A stretch of DNA of 64,000 nucleotides from Bacteroidota bacterium. GTDB lineage: Bacteria > Bacteroidota > Ignavibacteria > UBA10030 > UBA8401. The stretch lies in assembly GCA_028749215.1 (NCBI GenBank), contig JAQUOA010000001.1, positions 7,379 to 71,378 of the forward strand, read 5' to 3'. The position numbers were made by a program, and so were the translations under genes. This document shows positions 51,447 through 61,440 of the stretch, piece by piece. Position 1 is the stretch's first letter. Every line of letters starts with the position of its first letter. The notes under the pieces are model-generated. The model ran no database searches and had not been told where the DNA came from. It saw nothing but the letters and a program-made list of their open reading frames with translations.

Positions 51447-53771
51447 TTACTTCCATGTTTCGGTATGAAAAGATTCCTGCCCTCTTCGAAAGATGGTAAT
51501 GATAAACCCAAAAATCAGCATCCCGGTGCCAAGCCAAACCATATTGATGAACGGCTTTACGCTTGCTTCCACAACCAGGGTTTCAGGCTTTGGAGCGGCT
51601 GGTTGGTTGGGATTTTTCAATCCACCAATCGTTAGTGTTACGCTGGATTGCTTTGGGTCTTCCTTGTTCGGTTTCATTGCCTTGATCGTAAAAGAGAAAC
51701 CGGCGGAGTTTTTTACAGTTTCAAAATTTACATTACCCCGCATATTTGTCATTGTCGGCTTGACAACTTCTTTTTTACCATCTTTTGATACTTCTAAATT
51801 CACAACAATATAGTTTCCTTTTCCTTGTTGTTGTGAAAAATCATATCCGAGATATTTTACCTGCATTCCTTCAACTTCAACTGATTGAGTTTGAAAGATT
51901 GTCACTTCATTTCCTGAAGCCGAACCATCATCAACTTCTAACGACAGCGGAGAGACATAAAAATCCTTCGTCAATAAATTAACAATATCAGGATTTCTAA
52001 TTAACGATCCTTCTTCGCTTCCCTGGAACATGACCGGCGCAACGATAAATTTTTGCCCCTCTTTTTCCACTTCAACATTAAACGCAAACCTTCCTCTCGG
52101 CCGTGGTTCGTACCCAATATACTTCATCTTGTATCCGAGCACGTCCATTTGTCTTCCCTGTTCAAGATTCACCGTTTGTTTCGTATCATATTTTGCCGAA
52201 GCTACAAATCCCAAAAACATCATGGCAATACCGATATGGGCAATTGCACCACCAGCCATTTTTACATTTCCCTTCATAATTCTATAACCAACCATGAGGT
52301 TCGTAAACAATGCAAAGCTGGAAGCAAAAATGAAAATCACCATGGCGGGATGTGTGGCTCCCATATAAAAAGTTACGGTAGTAAACACGACGGCAAGTCC
52401 GGCAGGAATTCGAAGTTGCTCTAACAAGGTCATAGGTTTAGAATTTTTCCACCACAACAATTGCCCTATTCCTGCAAGCAGCGCGATTGCCACACCCAAC
52501 GGCAGCACTGTTGTTACGTAATACGATGTATCTACTGCTGACGTTTTGCCCTTTAAAATATTTGTGATGATTGGAGAGGATGTTCCGATCACAATGAAAA
52601 TTGACGAGCACACAAGCGCAGACGCACCTAGAAACAACGCAAACTCACGGGAGAGTAAGGTATGTTGAACAGGGACAACCGGCATTTCTTTCCACCGGGA
52701 GAAGAAAAGACCGAATCCAATCGCGCCAAACAGAACAATCACGCTGATGAGAAGCCAATAGACCCACATTCCCGGATCAACAAATGAATGCACCGATGTT
52801 TCTCCTAACACCCCGCTTCGTGTCAAGAATGTTGAATAGAGTACCAGAATAAAACAAAACATACTCAAGACAAAATTTGTTTTAATGTAGCTTCCATTCT
52901 TTCGCTGTGCGAGCATCGTGTGAATTGATGCAACACAAACTAGCCACGGTACCAATGAAGAATTTTCAACAGGGTCCCAACCCCAATATCCGCCCCACCC
53001 TAACGTTTCGTATGCCCAGAAGCCGCCAAGAATAATACCAGTACCCAAAACGAGTGAACCAAAGACTGTCCATGGAGCGGCAACACGAATCCAACTGACG
53101 TAATCGCGTTTCAACATTCCTGCCACAGCGTACGCAAACGGAATGGACATGGAGGTGAAACCGATAAACAAAATTTGCGGGTGAATGACCATCCAATAAT
53201 TTTGTAAAAGCGGATTCAAACCTTTTCCTTCTGCGGGAACTTGCGACCACAATCCGCGAACTTTGTCGACCCAGATAAAATTGGTTGCATCTGTCGGCGG
53301 ATTGCCGACATGGAGCAATTCACTTGGAAATTGTTCCCAAATAAATTTAAATGGATTCTTTACAACGACCATGAGAATGAGCGTCATCAAAATCGCAGAA
53401 TAGATCGTCATCAATTCTGGTTCATATTGTTTCGTTGACGAATATCGCATCAATAAAATCCCGGTGATGCTGGTGAAGAAAGCCCACAACATGAAACTTC
53501 CTTCTTGTCCGGCATAAAAAGTGGACACCAATAAAGGTCCCGGAAGGTCGGTTGAACTGTAATTCCATACGTAGTAGTATTGGAATTGGTGAGTTACAAT
53601 CAGGTACAGAAGCATCCCAGATGCAGAAATGATTCCAGCAACGGCGATAGAATAAAATATTCGCGCCAACCGCAAAATTTCTTTCGACGGTTTCTTGTGC
53701 TGGTAGAAATACAATACTGACGCAGCAAATGCCGCCGCAAAAGCAATTTTGATAATCAGTGCGCCTATCAT
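51447..53771 (-). CDS. ccmF: Cytochrome c-type biogenesis protein CcmF (heme lyase subunit) with an extended C-terminal periplasmic domain
   Basis: The 774-aa polytopic ORF has the WWD motif (WGGYWGWDPVEN). A roughly 200-aa soluble segment and a final TM helix follow the core. Confidence 0.85.
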   Translation of the reverse strand: MIGALIIKIAFAAAFAASVLYFYQHKKPSKEILRLARIFYSIAVAGIISASGMLLYLIVTHQFQYYYVWNYSSTDLPGPLLVSTFYAGQEGSFMLWAFFTSITGILLMRYSSTKQYEPELMTIYSAILMTLILMVVVKNPFKFIWEQFPSELLHVGNPPTDATNFIWVDKVRGLWSQVPAEGKGLNPLLQNYWMVIHPQILFIGFTSMSIPFAYAVAGMLKRDYVSWIRVAAPWTVFGSLVLGTGIILGGFWAYETLGWGGYWGWDPVENSSLVPWLVCVASIHTMLAQRKNGSYIKTNFVLSMFCFILVLYSTFLTRSGVLGETSVHSFVDPGMWVYWLLISVIVLFGAIGFGLFFSRWKEMPVVPVQHTLLSREFALFLGASALVCSSIFIVIGTSSPIITNILKGKTSAVDTSYYVTTVLPLGVAIALLAGIGQLLWWKNSKPMTLLEQLRIPAGLAVVFTTVTFYMGATHPAMVIFIFASSFALFTNLMVGYRIMKGNVKMAGGAIAHIGIAMMFLGFVASAKYDTKQTVNLEQGRQMDVLGYKMKYIGYEPRPRGRFAFNVEVEKEGQKFIVAPVMFQGSEEGSLIRNPDIVNLLTKDFYVSPLSLEVDDGSASGNEVTIFQTQSVEVEGMQVKYLGYDFSQQQGKGNYIVVNLEVSKDGKKEVVKPTMTNMRGNVNFETVKNSAGFSFTIKAMKPNKEDPKQSSVTLTIGGLKNPNQPAAPKPETLVVEASVKPFINMVWLGTGMLIFGFIITIFRRGQESFHTETWK

Positions 53772-53772
53772 A

Positions 53773-54162
53773 TTATAAACTCTTCTTCACTGCAGAGGCA
53801 CTGCCTTCATATTTGGAAGGGCATTTCGTCAAAACTTCGTTCGCATGAAAATATCCGTCTTTATATCGACCCTTAGCAACGATATCAGTTGCAAGTTCAA
53901 AGTTGTTCGGCTTTGCGCCGTCGAGCACGACTTTACATTCCTTTTGTTTATCGTCAACCATATAAAATGTAAACTGAGATTTTGCTGCATCAAATGAAGA
54001 TTCTTTATCACGCAGCCACGTTCCCTTGACTTGAACTTTTTTCGTCATGGTTTCCGCTTTAGCAAAATCCATGTACTCGATATTGCTTTCAATAAATGTG
54101 GTTGCCCCAAACACAAGAGCTCCCACAATAATAACCCCCGCGACAATAAGTTTCACCTTCAT
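53773..54162 (-). CDS. ccmE: Cytochrome c-type biogenesis heme chaperone CcmE
   Basis: The 129-aa ORF has an N-terminal TM anchor, an OB-fold and a C-terminal H-x3-Y heme-binding motif (YFHANEVLTKCPSKY). Confidence 0.8.
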   Translation of the reverse strand: MKVKLIVAGVIIVGALVFGATTFIESNIEYMDFAKAETMTKKVQVKGTWLRDKESSFDAAKSQFTFYMVDDKQKECKVVLDGAKPNNFELATDIVAKGRYKDGYFHANEVLTKCPSKYEGSASAVKKSL

Positions 54163-54172
54163 AGCTCTTCTC

Positions 54173-54268
54173 CTATTTTTTTAATTGTTCTTCAAGTTGT
54201 TTAATTTTTGAATCAAGCTTAAATAAATATCCCAAAAGTCCAAACCAAATGGTAAGGATGACGATCAT
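54173..54268 (-). CDS. Possible CcmD-like small membrane protein (31 aa)
   Basis: Only the C-terminal part of the 82-aa ORF-track entry is plausible (MIVILTIWFGLLGYLFKLDSKIKQLEEQLKK: a single TM helix plus a charged tail), because the rest overlaps ccmC out of frame. Its position between ccmC and ccmE matches CcmD. Confidence 0.35.
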   Translation of the reverse strand: MIVILTIWFGLLGYLFKLDSKIKQLEEQLKK

Positions 54269-54311
54269 GACAATATACAGTTCGTTGTTTTGAAGAAATT
54301 CCACAGAGACC

Positions 54312-55019
54312 TCATTCAGACTGTTGTTGAAGTTGACGTTCAATTCGCATAGAGCGAACTTTAAGTGAGTACATCCAAAAATATAAAATAGTAAATCCAA
54401 GCAGTGATGCAAGAAATACAATGAGCATGTTGGGAGCCATTTTCATTTGTAATACCGGCCCCTTTCCCTGTGAATCTCCTAATGACCCGGGATGAAGCCC
54501 TGCCATCATTCGAGGCATGACAAAAATAAAAAATGGTACCGTCACTCCAGCTACGATTGAATATACAGACGATAGTGTCGCTTTCCGTTCTTCCTCTTCT
54601 ATCGCCGATCGTAACACAAAGTATGCAGCATAAATTAACAGCAAAATAAAAATTGAAGTCTCCCTCGGATCCCAATTCCAAAACGATCCCCAATTAAATT
54701 TTGCCCACATTGCGCCTGTTACGGTTGCCAACACACACAACACCATGCCTAATCCCGCAGATGAAACTGATCGAAGGTCATAATCAATATCCTTGGTCCG
54801 AAGGTATTGGATACCATACCACATGGCCATCACAAAAGCTACCACTGTTGTCCATGCAATTGGAACGTGAAAAATAATATTGCGTGCTTTCTCTTCCAAT
54901 CCTGGAATAATCGGAAACTGAAAAAAACCGCTGGGCACTTTTACCATCGGGATTCCAAGTCCTAACACTATAACGCCGGTGAGCCATACGGCAGTTCCAA
55001 TTTTGAGCCATAGTTTCAT
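54312..55019 (-). CDS. ccmC: Heme exporter protein CcmC
   Basis: The 235-aa ORF has 6 TM helices and the WWD motif (WGSFWNWDPRETS). Confidence 0.85.
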   Translation of the reverse strand: MKLWLKIGTAVWLTGVIVLGLGIPMVKVPSGFFQFPIIPGLEEKARNIIFHVPIAWTTVVAFVMAMWYGIQYLRTKDIDYDLRSVSSAGLGMVLCVLATVTGAMWAKFNWGSFWNWDPRETSIFILLLIYAAYFVLRSAIEEEERKATLSSVYSIVAGVTVPFFIFVMPRMMAGLHPGSLGDSQGKGPVLQMKMAPNMLIVFLASLLGFTILYFWMYSLKVRSMRIERQLQQQSE

Positions 55020-55021
55020 AC

Positions 55022-55693
55022 TTAATCTTTCCAGACGTAATCAAATAACATGATTGAAGCTGTAATCATAACAATAATAAAAGAAATCAAAATTTGAAAT
55101 TCTTGTAACGCCTCTACAAAGAAAGCTCCCTCGGTTGCCAGTCGGGTGGCATTAATTGCCGTAAGCAAAAGCGGAAGCAAGATAGGAAAAGCAAGAACCG
55201 GAAAAAGAGTCCCCTTCGTATTTGCTTTCGCAATAATGGCTGCCAAGATTGTTGAAGCGCTCGCCAGTCCAACACTCCCTAGAAAAATAGTCAACCAAAA
55301 AATATCGTACGACTTTACAATGAATTCTTTGATGATAAAAAGATAAGAGCCGGCAATAAACATCGACAGTGCTAAAATTAAGACAAGATTGTAGAACAGT
55401 TTTCCAAAATAAACAGAGCTTGCACTGGTCAAAAGACGGAGCGTTAACGATGTGCCTCTTTCTTCTTCCGCAACAAATGTCCTCGACAATCCAGACATGG
55501 CGCTAAAAAAAATTACAATCCATAAAGTTCCGCTTAAAATGTCCTGCGATGGCGATTCAGTTCCGATCGAAAATAGCACCATGGATATCGTCACCACAAC
55601 GAACATGATTAATGCATTCAGGGCATACCGGGTCCGAAATTCCGAGACAATCTCTTTTAGGAGGATTTGATATGAAGAAATCACTAAATACAT
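55022..55693 (-). CDS. ccmB: Heme exporter protein CcmB (ABC permease)
   Basis: The 223-aa ORF has 6 TM helices and lies between ccmA and ccmC. Confidence 0.8.
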   Translation of the reverse strand: MYLVISSYQILLKEIVSEFRTRYALNALIMFVVVTISMVLFSIGTESPSQDILSGTLWIVIFFSAMSGLSRTFVAEEERGTSLTLRLLTSASSVYFGKLFYNLVLILALSMFIAGSYLFIIKEFIVKSYDIFWLTIFLGSVGLASASTILAAIIAKANTKGTLFPVLAFPILLPLLLTAINATRLATEGAFFVEALQEFQILISFIIVMITASIMLFDYVWKD

Positions 55694-55713
55694 ACCATTA
55701 TTAAAATAAGACT

Positions 55714-56355
55714 TTAATTTCCGATTTCCAACTTGTCTAAGCTGAATATTTGGTCAGCAAACCGAAGATCATCTTTGTCATTAGTTCCAAAAATCAGAGC
55801 CCCGTGATTTTTCTGCAATTTCATCGCTTTACGAACAGTTTCAATTCCATATTCATCAAGATTTGAAGTCGGTTCGTCAAGGACCAGAATTGGAGGCTGA
55901 TGAACCAAGGCGGCACAATATTTCAACCGCTGTTTCATGCCGGATGAATAATTTCTCACTTCTTTTCTTCGGTGTTCGTAAATTCCGAAATCGTTCAGCA
56001 GGAATTTTATCCGCTCGTCCGTATCTGAATTTAGCCCGCGGATTCTTTTGATAAAAATTAAATTCTCTTCAGCCGAAAATTCTTCGTACATGTTAAGGTA
56101 CGGTGAGACGAGGCCAATGTAAGGATAATAGTCAGGATAATTTATCAACACACCATTTATCGATAATGCAATCGTACCTTTGGATGGCGAAAGCACACCA
56201 CACAATATTTTAATTAATGTTGATTTACCAGAACCATTCTTCCCTGTGATTGCAAACGACATGCCTTCTTTGACCGCTAAAGAAACATTTTGGAAAATCG
56301 ATTTGCGATTATAAATCTTTGCAACGGTATGAGCTTCTAATTTTAGTGTGGTCAT
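55714..56355 (-). CDS. ccmA: Heme exporter ATP-binding protein CcmA (ABC ATPase)
   Basis: The 213-aa ORF has Walker A (GKNGSGKSTL), an ABC signature (SSGMKQRL) and Walker B (LVLDEPT). Confidence 0.85.
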   Translation of the reverse strand: MTTLKLEAHTVAKIYNRKSIFQNVSLAVKEGMSFAITGKNGSGKSTLIKILCGVLSPSKGTIALSINGVLINYPDYYPYIGLVSPYLNMYEEFSAEENLIFIKRIRGLNSDTDERIKFLLNDFGIYEHRRKEVRNYSSGMKQRLKYCAALVHQPPILVLDEPTSNLDEYGIETVRKAMKLQKNHGALIFGTNDKDDLRFADQIFSLDKLEIGN

Positions 56356-57944
56356 CGAAGTACGGCAAATTTTCCGCGAATGGTAGAAGTATTTATTTTA
56401 AGAAAATAAATATAAACTCCGGATGAAACAACTTTGTTGTTATTGTCTCTCCCATCCCACGCAGCATATTGTCTCCCGGAAAATATTGTTGTCGGCACAT
56501 TTCCGGAATAAATCAAATCCATTGCTGAAGTATAAATGTATAAATCAGGTTTAGAATTGAGAGATGAAGACTCAAGGTAAATTAAAAAAGGTCCGTGTTT
56601 TCCATCTGGAACAAACGGATTCGGAAAGCATGCCGCATTACCGACTTGAAAAATTATTCCCTGAACAACAGTCGAAAGTTTCCATTGACTCGGATCGGGC
56701 ACTAGAAGCTGCCCATATACAGAATTTGCATACTGCACCAAATTCAAACCAGGTAGCGACGACAAACGAAGAGTAAATGGATACTCCTGTTGGCTTGTAT
56801 TCAAAGCATCATCAAAATTTGCGTTGGAGACAATAAAAACAGTAGAATCTGTTTGAGAAATGACAGAAAAATAATTTGATAAAAAGCTTTTACTATTTCG
56901 AGTAATCGATTCTTCAGTGGTTCCGAGGGTAATTGAAGCGGTGTAAGTTGGAGTAGGGAATAATTTAGCATCCGCGAAATACTTTATTGAATCGGCCCGT
57001 GTATTTGTATAGGTATTCCATAAGGAAAAATCAGAATATTCCCGTTGAAGGGATGTGGAATACTTCTGTAACACATTTTGTGTTGCCTGAACTGGGCGGA
57101 AAGTTTTTAATTCGGCCCATAAGTCTTTCATTTCCTTTGCGCCAAATTTTTTCATGAGAAATATTTCCCAAATAGCACGTTCATATCCTGCCGTTATAGA
57201 ATTTGTAGCCGGTTGAAATAACGGAGTATTAAAAATATGTTGATAGTATGTTGCTACATCATTGATATAATCTTTCACTGTCGGAAATACAATCGGTTCC
57301 ATAGCCTCGGCACATAGTTCGTAAAAATAAAAATCTTGGTCCCATATTCCTGTACCACCGACTTGAACAGCATGATGAAATTCATGGGCACACGTTACCA
57401 TAATTCCTTGAATTCCTTTTGTCCGATACCCGATTCCAAAATCATTGTCAATTCTTATATAGCTGGCATAAAGCGGATTGACTCCACCTGAACTGATTGG
57501 AAAATCATACTCAGGGATTGTTTCTCCAAATAAACCACTTCCTAAATCCATCACATAGAAATCAAATTCATTTCCACCTCCTCTTCCCTCATCGCTCGGA
57601 GGAGCAGTAAACCCATAGGTATTAATTTCTGCATTCCACACCGAATCGAGAATTACCGACAATGTATCAATATACTGTGTATATGTATTTGGAATCCGAT
57701 TGCCGTTTTGAGTAACAAGGGCGGGTTCATTAATTCCCGTTGTATCAAAATGAATTCTGAATTTTCCGGTTGGAGACAGAACACTTTTCTGAAGTTCAGG
57801 CCTTACAGCTAAGGAAATCTCTGATAAGTTTTTTTTTGAAACGCGAAATTGTTCAATGTATCTAAACGTGCCGCACTTTTCACTTTGAGCAAATAGAAGT
57901 GGACCACTTAGAAAAATGAAAAATAAACTACTTATTCTTGCCAT
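56352..57944 (-). CDS. Secreted zinc metallopeptidase-like protein (HExxH) with a T9SS C-terminal sorting domain
   Basis: The 530-aa ORF has a signal peptide (MARISSLFFIFLSGPLLFAQ) and an HEFHH motif (TCAHEFHHAVQ). The C-terminal Por_Secre_tail reads FPNPFVPDG...SGVYIYFLKINTSTIRGKFAVLR. Its stop overlaps the ccmA start by 4 nt. Confidence 0.75.
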   Translation of the reverse strand: MARISSLFFIFLSGPLLFAQSEKCGTFRYIEQFRVSKKNLSEISLAVRPELQKSVLSPTGKFRIHFDTTGINEPALVTQNGNRIPNTYTQYIDTLSVILDSVWNAEINTYGFTAPPSDEGRGGGNEFDFYVMDLGSGLFGETIPEYDFPISSGGVNPLYASYIRIDNDFGIGYRTKGIQGIMVTCAHEFHHAVQVGGTGIWDQDFYFYELCAEAMEPIVFPTVKDYINDVATYYQHIFNTPLFQPATNSITAGYERAIWEIFLMKKFGAKEMKDLWAELKTFRPVQATQNVLQKYSTSLQREYSDFSLWNTYTNTRADSIKYFADAKLFPTPTYTASITLGTTEESITRNSKSFLSNYFSVISQTDSTVFIVSNANFDDALNTSQQEYPFTLRLSSLPGLNLVQYANSVYGQLLVPDPSQWKLSTVVQGIIFQVGNAACFPNPFVPDGKHGPFLIYLESSSLNSKPDLYIYTSAMDLIYSGNVPTTIFSGRQYAAWDGRDNNNKVVSSGVYIYFLKINTSTIRGKFAVLR

Positions 57945-60156
57945 AAATTATTGTCACAGTATGTCCGGTCGGATTGGTAAATACAATATCGGTTAAACCA
58001 TCCCCATTAAAATCTCCACAACGGAAGACAGCATCTTTCGGGATATTGGCAAGAAATTCTTTGCTGTAAAACGCTCCATTCCCTTTCCCGCGTAAAAGCC
58101 AAAGGGAGGATGAATCATTATTCATTACAAGAACATCGGCGATGCCGTCATTATCAAAATCGAATATCTGTAATTGTTCAGGGTACCGAATGCTTACGTC
58201 TGATGCGATGAGTGAAAAATCGTTTCGGAGGTTGTCATCCTTTCCCAACGCCAATCGCAATACATTTGACGGGGAGGTATACACTAAACAATCTTTTAAA
58301 TTATCGCCGTTAAAATCATCAACAAAAAGATATGCACGGTTTATGGCTGTATCAGGTAAAGAAAATGTAAAAACTTTTCCGTGATATTCGCCAGTGGAAT
58401 CATTAAAAGTAATACCGAGCAAATTTCTTTTTGCTTGAGAATCATAATACACGTACAGCAAATCGGTTTTCCCGTCAAAATTAAAATCGGAAATTGTGGA
58501 ATAAATAATTCGTGACGGAATCACAGGGACTAAACTCTTTGCTAAAAATTGCGGTCCGTTAACCTGCTGATAAAATACGATGGCATTCGTTGCCGACGGC
58601 ATAAATGCGTATAGTGAAATTCCTTTTTGTGAAAATGAAAGATCGGGTAAAACCGTAATCGGTTTTTCCGGCAAAGGAATGGAATACACATCAGCATCTC
58701 CCGTCAAAGAATTACCGACGTCCGCAGTTTTATGTAATGTTAAAATCGAAATTTTGGGGTCTTGTTCGTGCGATGTCACAAGCATAGTTGACGTATCGCT
58801 TTTTGCATACATCGAAATTGTTAATGGGTTATTTGGTGTTTCAAGAGATACCTGCCCGCCAAATGATTTGCCGGTTGAAAGAAGTGCCGATATACTCGAC
58901 GAGTTTCCATTTGTAACAAGAATATCGTCTCGTCCATCATCATTAAAATCTGAAACAAGAATATTGTTCGGATGATTACCGACGGCAAATGAATAGCTTT
59001 CATTCTGTGTCAAAAACTCCGTTCGGCCATTCCATATCACTTCATATGATTTTTGCGATGCTTTAAGAATAAGAGCATCGGCAAAACCGTCACCGTTGAT
59101 ATCTCCATATAAAAGATTTGAGGCAGTCGAATCAATGCCATAAACAATTTCTTCATAAAAACTTCCGGCGCCCCGATTCAAAAAAATTGAAAAGCCGTCG
59201 CTGAAAATATTTTCAGAAATAATATCTTTGCTGTTCACAGTTTGGATGGCTGCGCCGGTCAATCGATTCGCTGGTTGAGATAGCGTCAATGTTTGTGAAA
59301 AATTATAGCTCCCTAACCCATCACCATGGTACACTTGAAGTGTTTTATATTGTGTTGATGCTACAACAACATCAGTGATGTCATCATCGTTAAAATCGCC
59401 GCAAATCACGCTGACGGAGTCTGCACCAAAAGACAAAACGGTTTGTTCTGAAAATTGTAAGTTTCCGGTTCCAATGTAAAATGTCATTTCGTTTGTCAGC
59501 CAATTAAACAACGCAACATCAGCAATACCATCTTTATTTAGATTTACGATAGAAAAATCACTAACAGGCATATCAGCGAATAATGTGTGTGCTTCGCGGA
59601 AGGTTCCATTTTTTTTCCCACGAAGCAGAGTAACGCCGGACGATAACCGTCCATAACACATGATGTCCGGGATTTGATCATTGGTAAGATCGCCAATCGC
59701 AGCATGTTCAGGATAATAGCCGACAGTGTACATTCTTGATGAATATGAGGAATCTAGAACATTACTGAGAAGTACTTCAATTTGATTTTGTTCTCGGTAA
59801 ACTAGAACGATATCGTCCAGCCCGTCAGTATTAAGCGCACCAATCGTTACCGACGATGGTTCTTTTAGTTTTGCAATCGTAATTTTTTCAGCAAATACCC
59901 CGCTCCCGTTATTTTTTGAAATGATCATAGCTTGTTCTTGCGGATCGTAATACAAAAGATCGACAAATTTTTTGGATGAATAATGCAAAAATTGCGGATG
60001 CAAGAGTGTCGCGGATAATTCATACTGCTGAACAATACTCAGCGTATTCATGGAGCGAAACTGCGCAGACACAAGATACGTCATGACTATATTCAGTACG
60101 AAAAAATACTGAATTGCTTTTTTATCAAAGCGAAAAACCCCTTGGGCGTCTATCAC
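57928..60156 (-). CDS. FG-GAP/VCBS repeat (integrin-alpha-like beta-propeller) protein
   Basis: The 742-aa ORF has multiple Ca-binding-like repeats (DFNDDDITD; DINGDGFAD; DFNDDGRDD; DFNFDGKTD; DFDNDGIAD; DFNGDGLTD) and a probable signal peptide. It has no T9SS C-terminal domain. Confidence 0.75.
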   Translation of the reverse strand: MIDAQGVFRFDKKAIQYFFVLNIVMTYLVSAQFRSMNTLSIVQQYELSATLLHPQFLHYSSKKFVDLLYYDPQEQAMIISKNNGSGVFAEKITIAKLKEPSSVTIGALNTDGLDDIVLVYREQNQIEVLLSNVLDSSYSSRMYTVGYYPEHAAIGDLTNDQIPDIMCYGRLSSGVTLLRGKKNGTFREAHTLFADMPVSDFSIVNLNKDGIADVALFNWLTNEMTFYIGTGNLQFSEQTVLSFGADSVSVICGDFNDDDITDVVVASTQYKTLQVYHGDGLGSYNFSQTLTLSQPANRLTGAAIQTVNSKDIISENIFSDGFSIFLNRGAGSFYEEIVYGIDSTASNLLYGDINGDGFADALILKASQKSYEVIWNGRTEFLTQNESYSFAVGNHPNNILVSDFNDDGRDDILVTNGNSSSISALLSTGKSFGGQVSLETPNNPLTISMYAKSDTSTMLVTSHEQDPKISILTLHKTADVGNSLTGDADVYSIPLPEKPITVLPDLSFSQKGISLYAFMPSATNAIVFYQQVNGPQFLAKSLVPVIPSRIIYSTISDFNFDGKTDLLYVYYDSQAKRNLLGITFNDSTGEYHGKVFTFSLPDTAINRAYLFVDDFNGDNLKDCLVYTSPSNVLRLALGKDDNLRNDFSLIASDVSIRYPEQLQIFDFDNDGIADVLVMNNDSSSLWLLRGKGNGAFYSKEFLANIPKDAVFRCGDFNGDGLTDIVFTNPTGHTVTIIYGKNK

Positions 60157-60166
60157 GGATGTAAAA

Positions 60167-60646
60167 CTAATGAGTGAGTTTTTTACGTCGAACTAATCGC
60201 TGCTCTCTTCGTGTTAAAGCATCATCAAATCTCCGACGTTCTTCTTCTGTTTCCGCATCAATTTGTGGAACTGTGGTCGGGTTTCCATTTTCATCAAGCG
60301 CCACAAAAGTCAGGTAAGCAGTGTTGGCGTGCTGCACTTTTCCCGAGAGCAGGTTTTCAGAAATAACTTTTACTCCAACTTCCATGGATGTGCGAAACAC
60401 TCGATTGATCGATGCCAACAAAGAAACGACTTCACCGGTTTTAATAGGATGCAAAAAGTTCAATTCATCAACAGAGGCCGTAACACAAACTCGGCGAGAG
60501 TGTCTTGCTGAAGCAATGGCGGCGACCAAATCAATCCAATGCATTAACTGTCCGCCAAGTAAATTGCCCAGTTGATTCGTATCATTCGGCAGCACCAATT
60601 GTGTCATGCTTGCCTGATGATTTTTTAGTGGGAATTCATTATTCAT
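60167..60646 (-). CDS. Acyl-CoA thioesterase (hotdog fold, YciA-like)
   Basis: The 159-aa ORF has a hotdog-fold thioesterase signature (TQLVLPNDTNQLGNLLGGQLMHWIDLVAAIAS). Confidence 0.8.
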   Translation of the reverse strand: MNNEFPLKNHQASMTQLVLPNDTNQLGNLLGGQLMHWIDLVAAIASARHSRRVCVTASVDELNFLHPIKTGEVVSLLASINRVFRTSMEVGVKVISENLLSGKVQHANTAYLTFVALDENGNPTTVPQIDAETEEERRRFDDALTRREQRLVRRKKLTH

Positions 60647-61439
60647 TTTTGGTACTAAGTTGGTTTTTCTCTTTAAGTTTTTCTGCCTGCAAGCCGTCCA
60701 ACTCTTTTTGTAATTCCATTGCTTCCGCTTTTAAATCGGTATCCGGATATTTTGTAAGAAGTTCGCTTAATGAAAGAGTTGCGCCATCGTACTCCTTGCG
60801 CTCTTTCTGACATTTTGCCTTCCACAATAAAGCCTTATCAACAAATTTACTGTCGCGATATTCAGCAATAACTTTATCAAAATATGAAATGGCTGCTTTG
60901 TAATATTCAACGCGATAGTACAACAAGCCCCCCTCAAAAATCTTTTTTGCCAACTTATACGTCAGCTCGTGAATTTTTGCTTCAGCGTCGCCCACTAAAC
61001 TGTCCTTAGGGGAGTATTCGATATAGGTCTGAAATTCGTCGATGGCAAGACGTGAGTACTTCTGGTCCAGCTGCGGCTTTGGTGAGAGTTGGTAGTAGGA
61101 TAATGCTTTTTTATACCTGGCCTTTGTCGTAAACGGGCTGGTTTGCATCAGCCTAATAAGATTATCATATTCGGCTGCTGCCAGAATATATTCGCCTCGC
61201 GTAAAACGGCTTTCAGCGATATAAAATTGCGCATCATCGGCAAATTCGCTCCCTTGGTTTTGCACGGTGATGATTTTGAATTCTTCAATGGCCTCTAAAT
61301 AACTTCCTTCATCATAGAGTGCCTTAGCTTTAGCAAATCGTTCCTCCGCAGGGATGGTTTCAATTTCTTTGGTTGATGAACAAGAAACAAAAAGAAGGGT
61401 TATTAGTATAACACTTTGTTGCAATAATATTTTTTTCAC
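60639..61439 (-). CDS. bamD: Outer membrane protein assembly factor BamD-like TPR lipoprotein
   Basis: The 266-aa ORF has a lipoprotein signal (LLFVSCSS) followed by TPR-like repeats, the organisation typical of BamD/YfiO. Confidence 0.7.
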   Translation of the reverse strand: MKKILLQQSVILITLLFVSCSSTKEIETIPAEERFAKAKALYDEGSYLEAIEEFKIITVQNQGSEFADDAQFYIAESRFTRGEYILAAAEYDNLIRLMQTSPFTTKARYKKALSYYQLSPKPQLDQKYSRLAIDEFQTYIEYSPKDSLVGDAEAKIHELTYKLAKKIFEGGLLYYRVEYYKAAISYFDKVIAEYRDSKFVDKALLWKAKCQKERKEYDGATLSLSELLTKYPDTDLKAEAMELQKELDGLQAEKLKEKNQLSTKNE

Positions 61440-61440
61440 T

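Noticed and set aside
54173-54421. The full 82-aa ORF-track entry between ccmC and ccmE
   Set aside because: Its N-terminal two-thirds overlaps ccmC out of frame and has junk composition. Only the C-terminal 31 aa (one TM helix plus a charged tail) is plausible, as a CcmD-like peptide.
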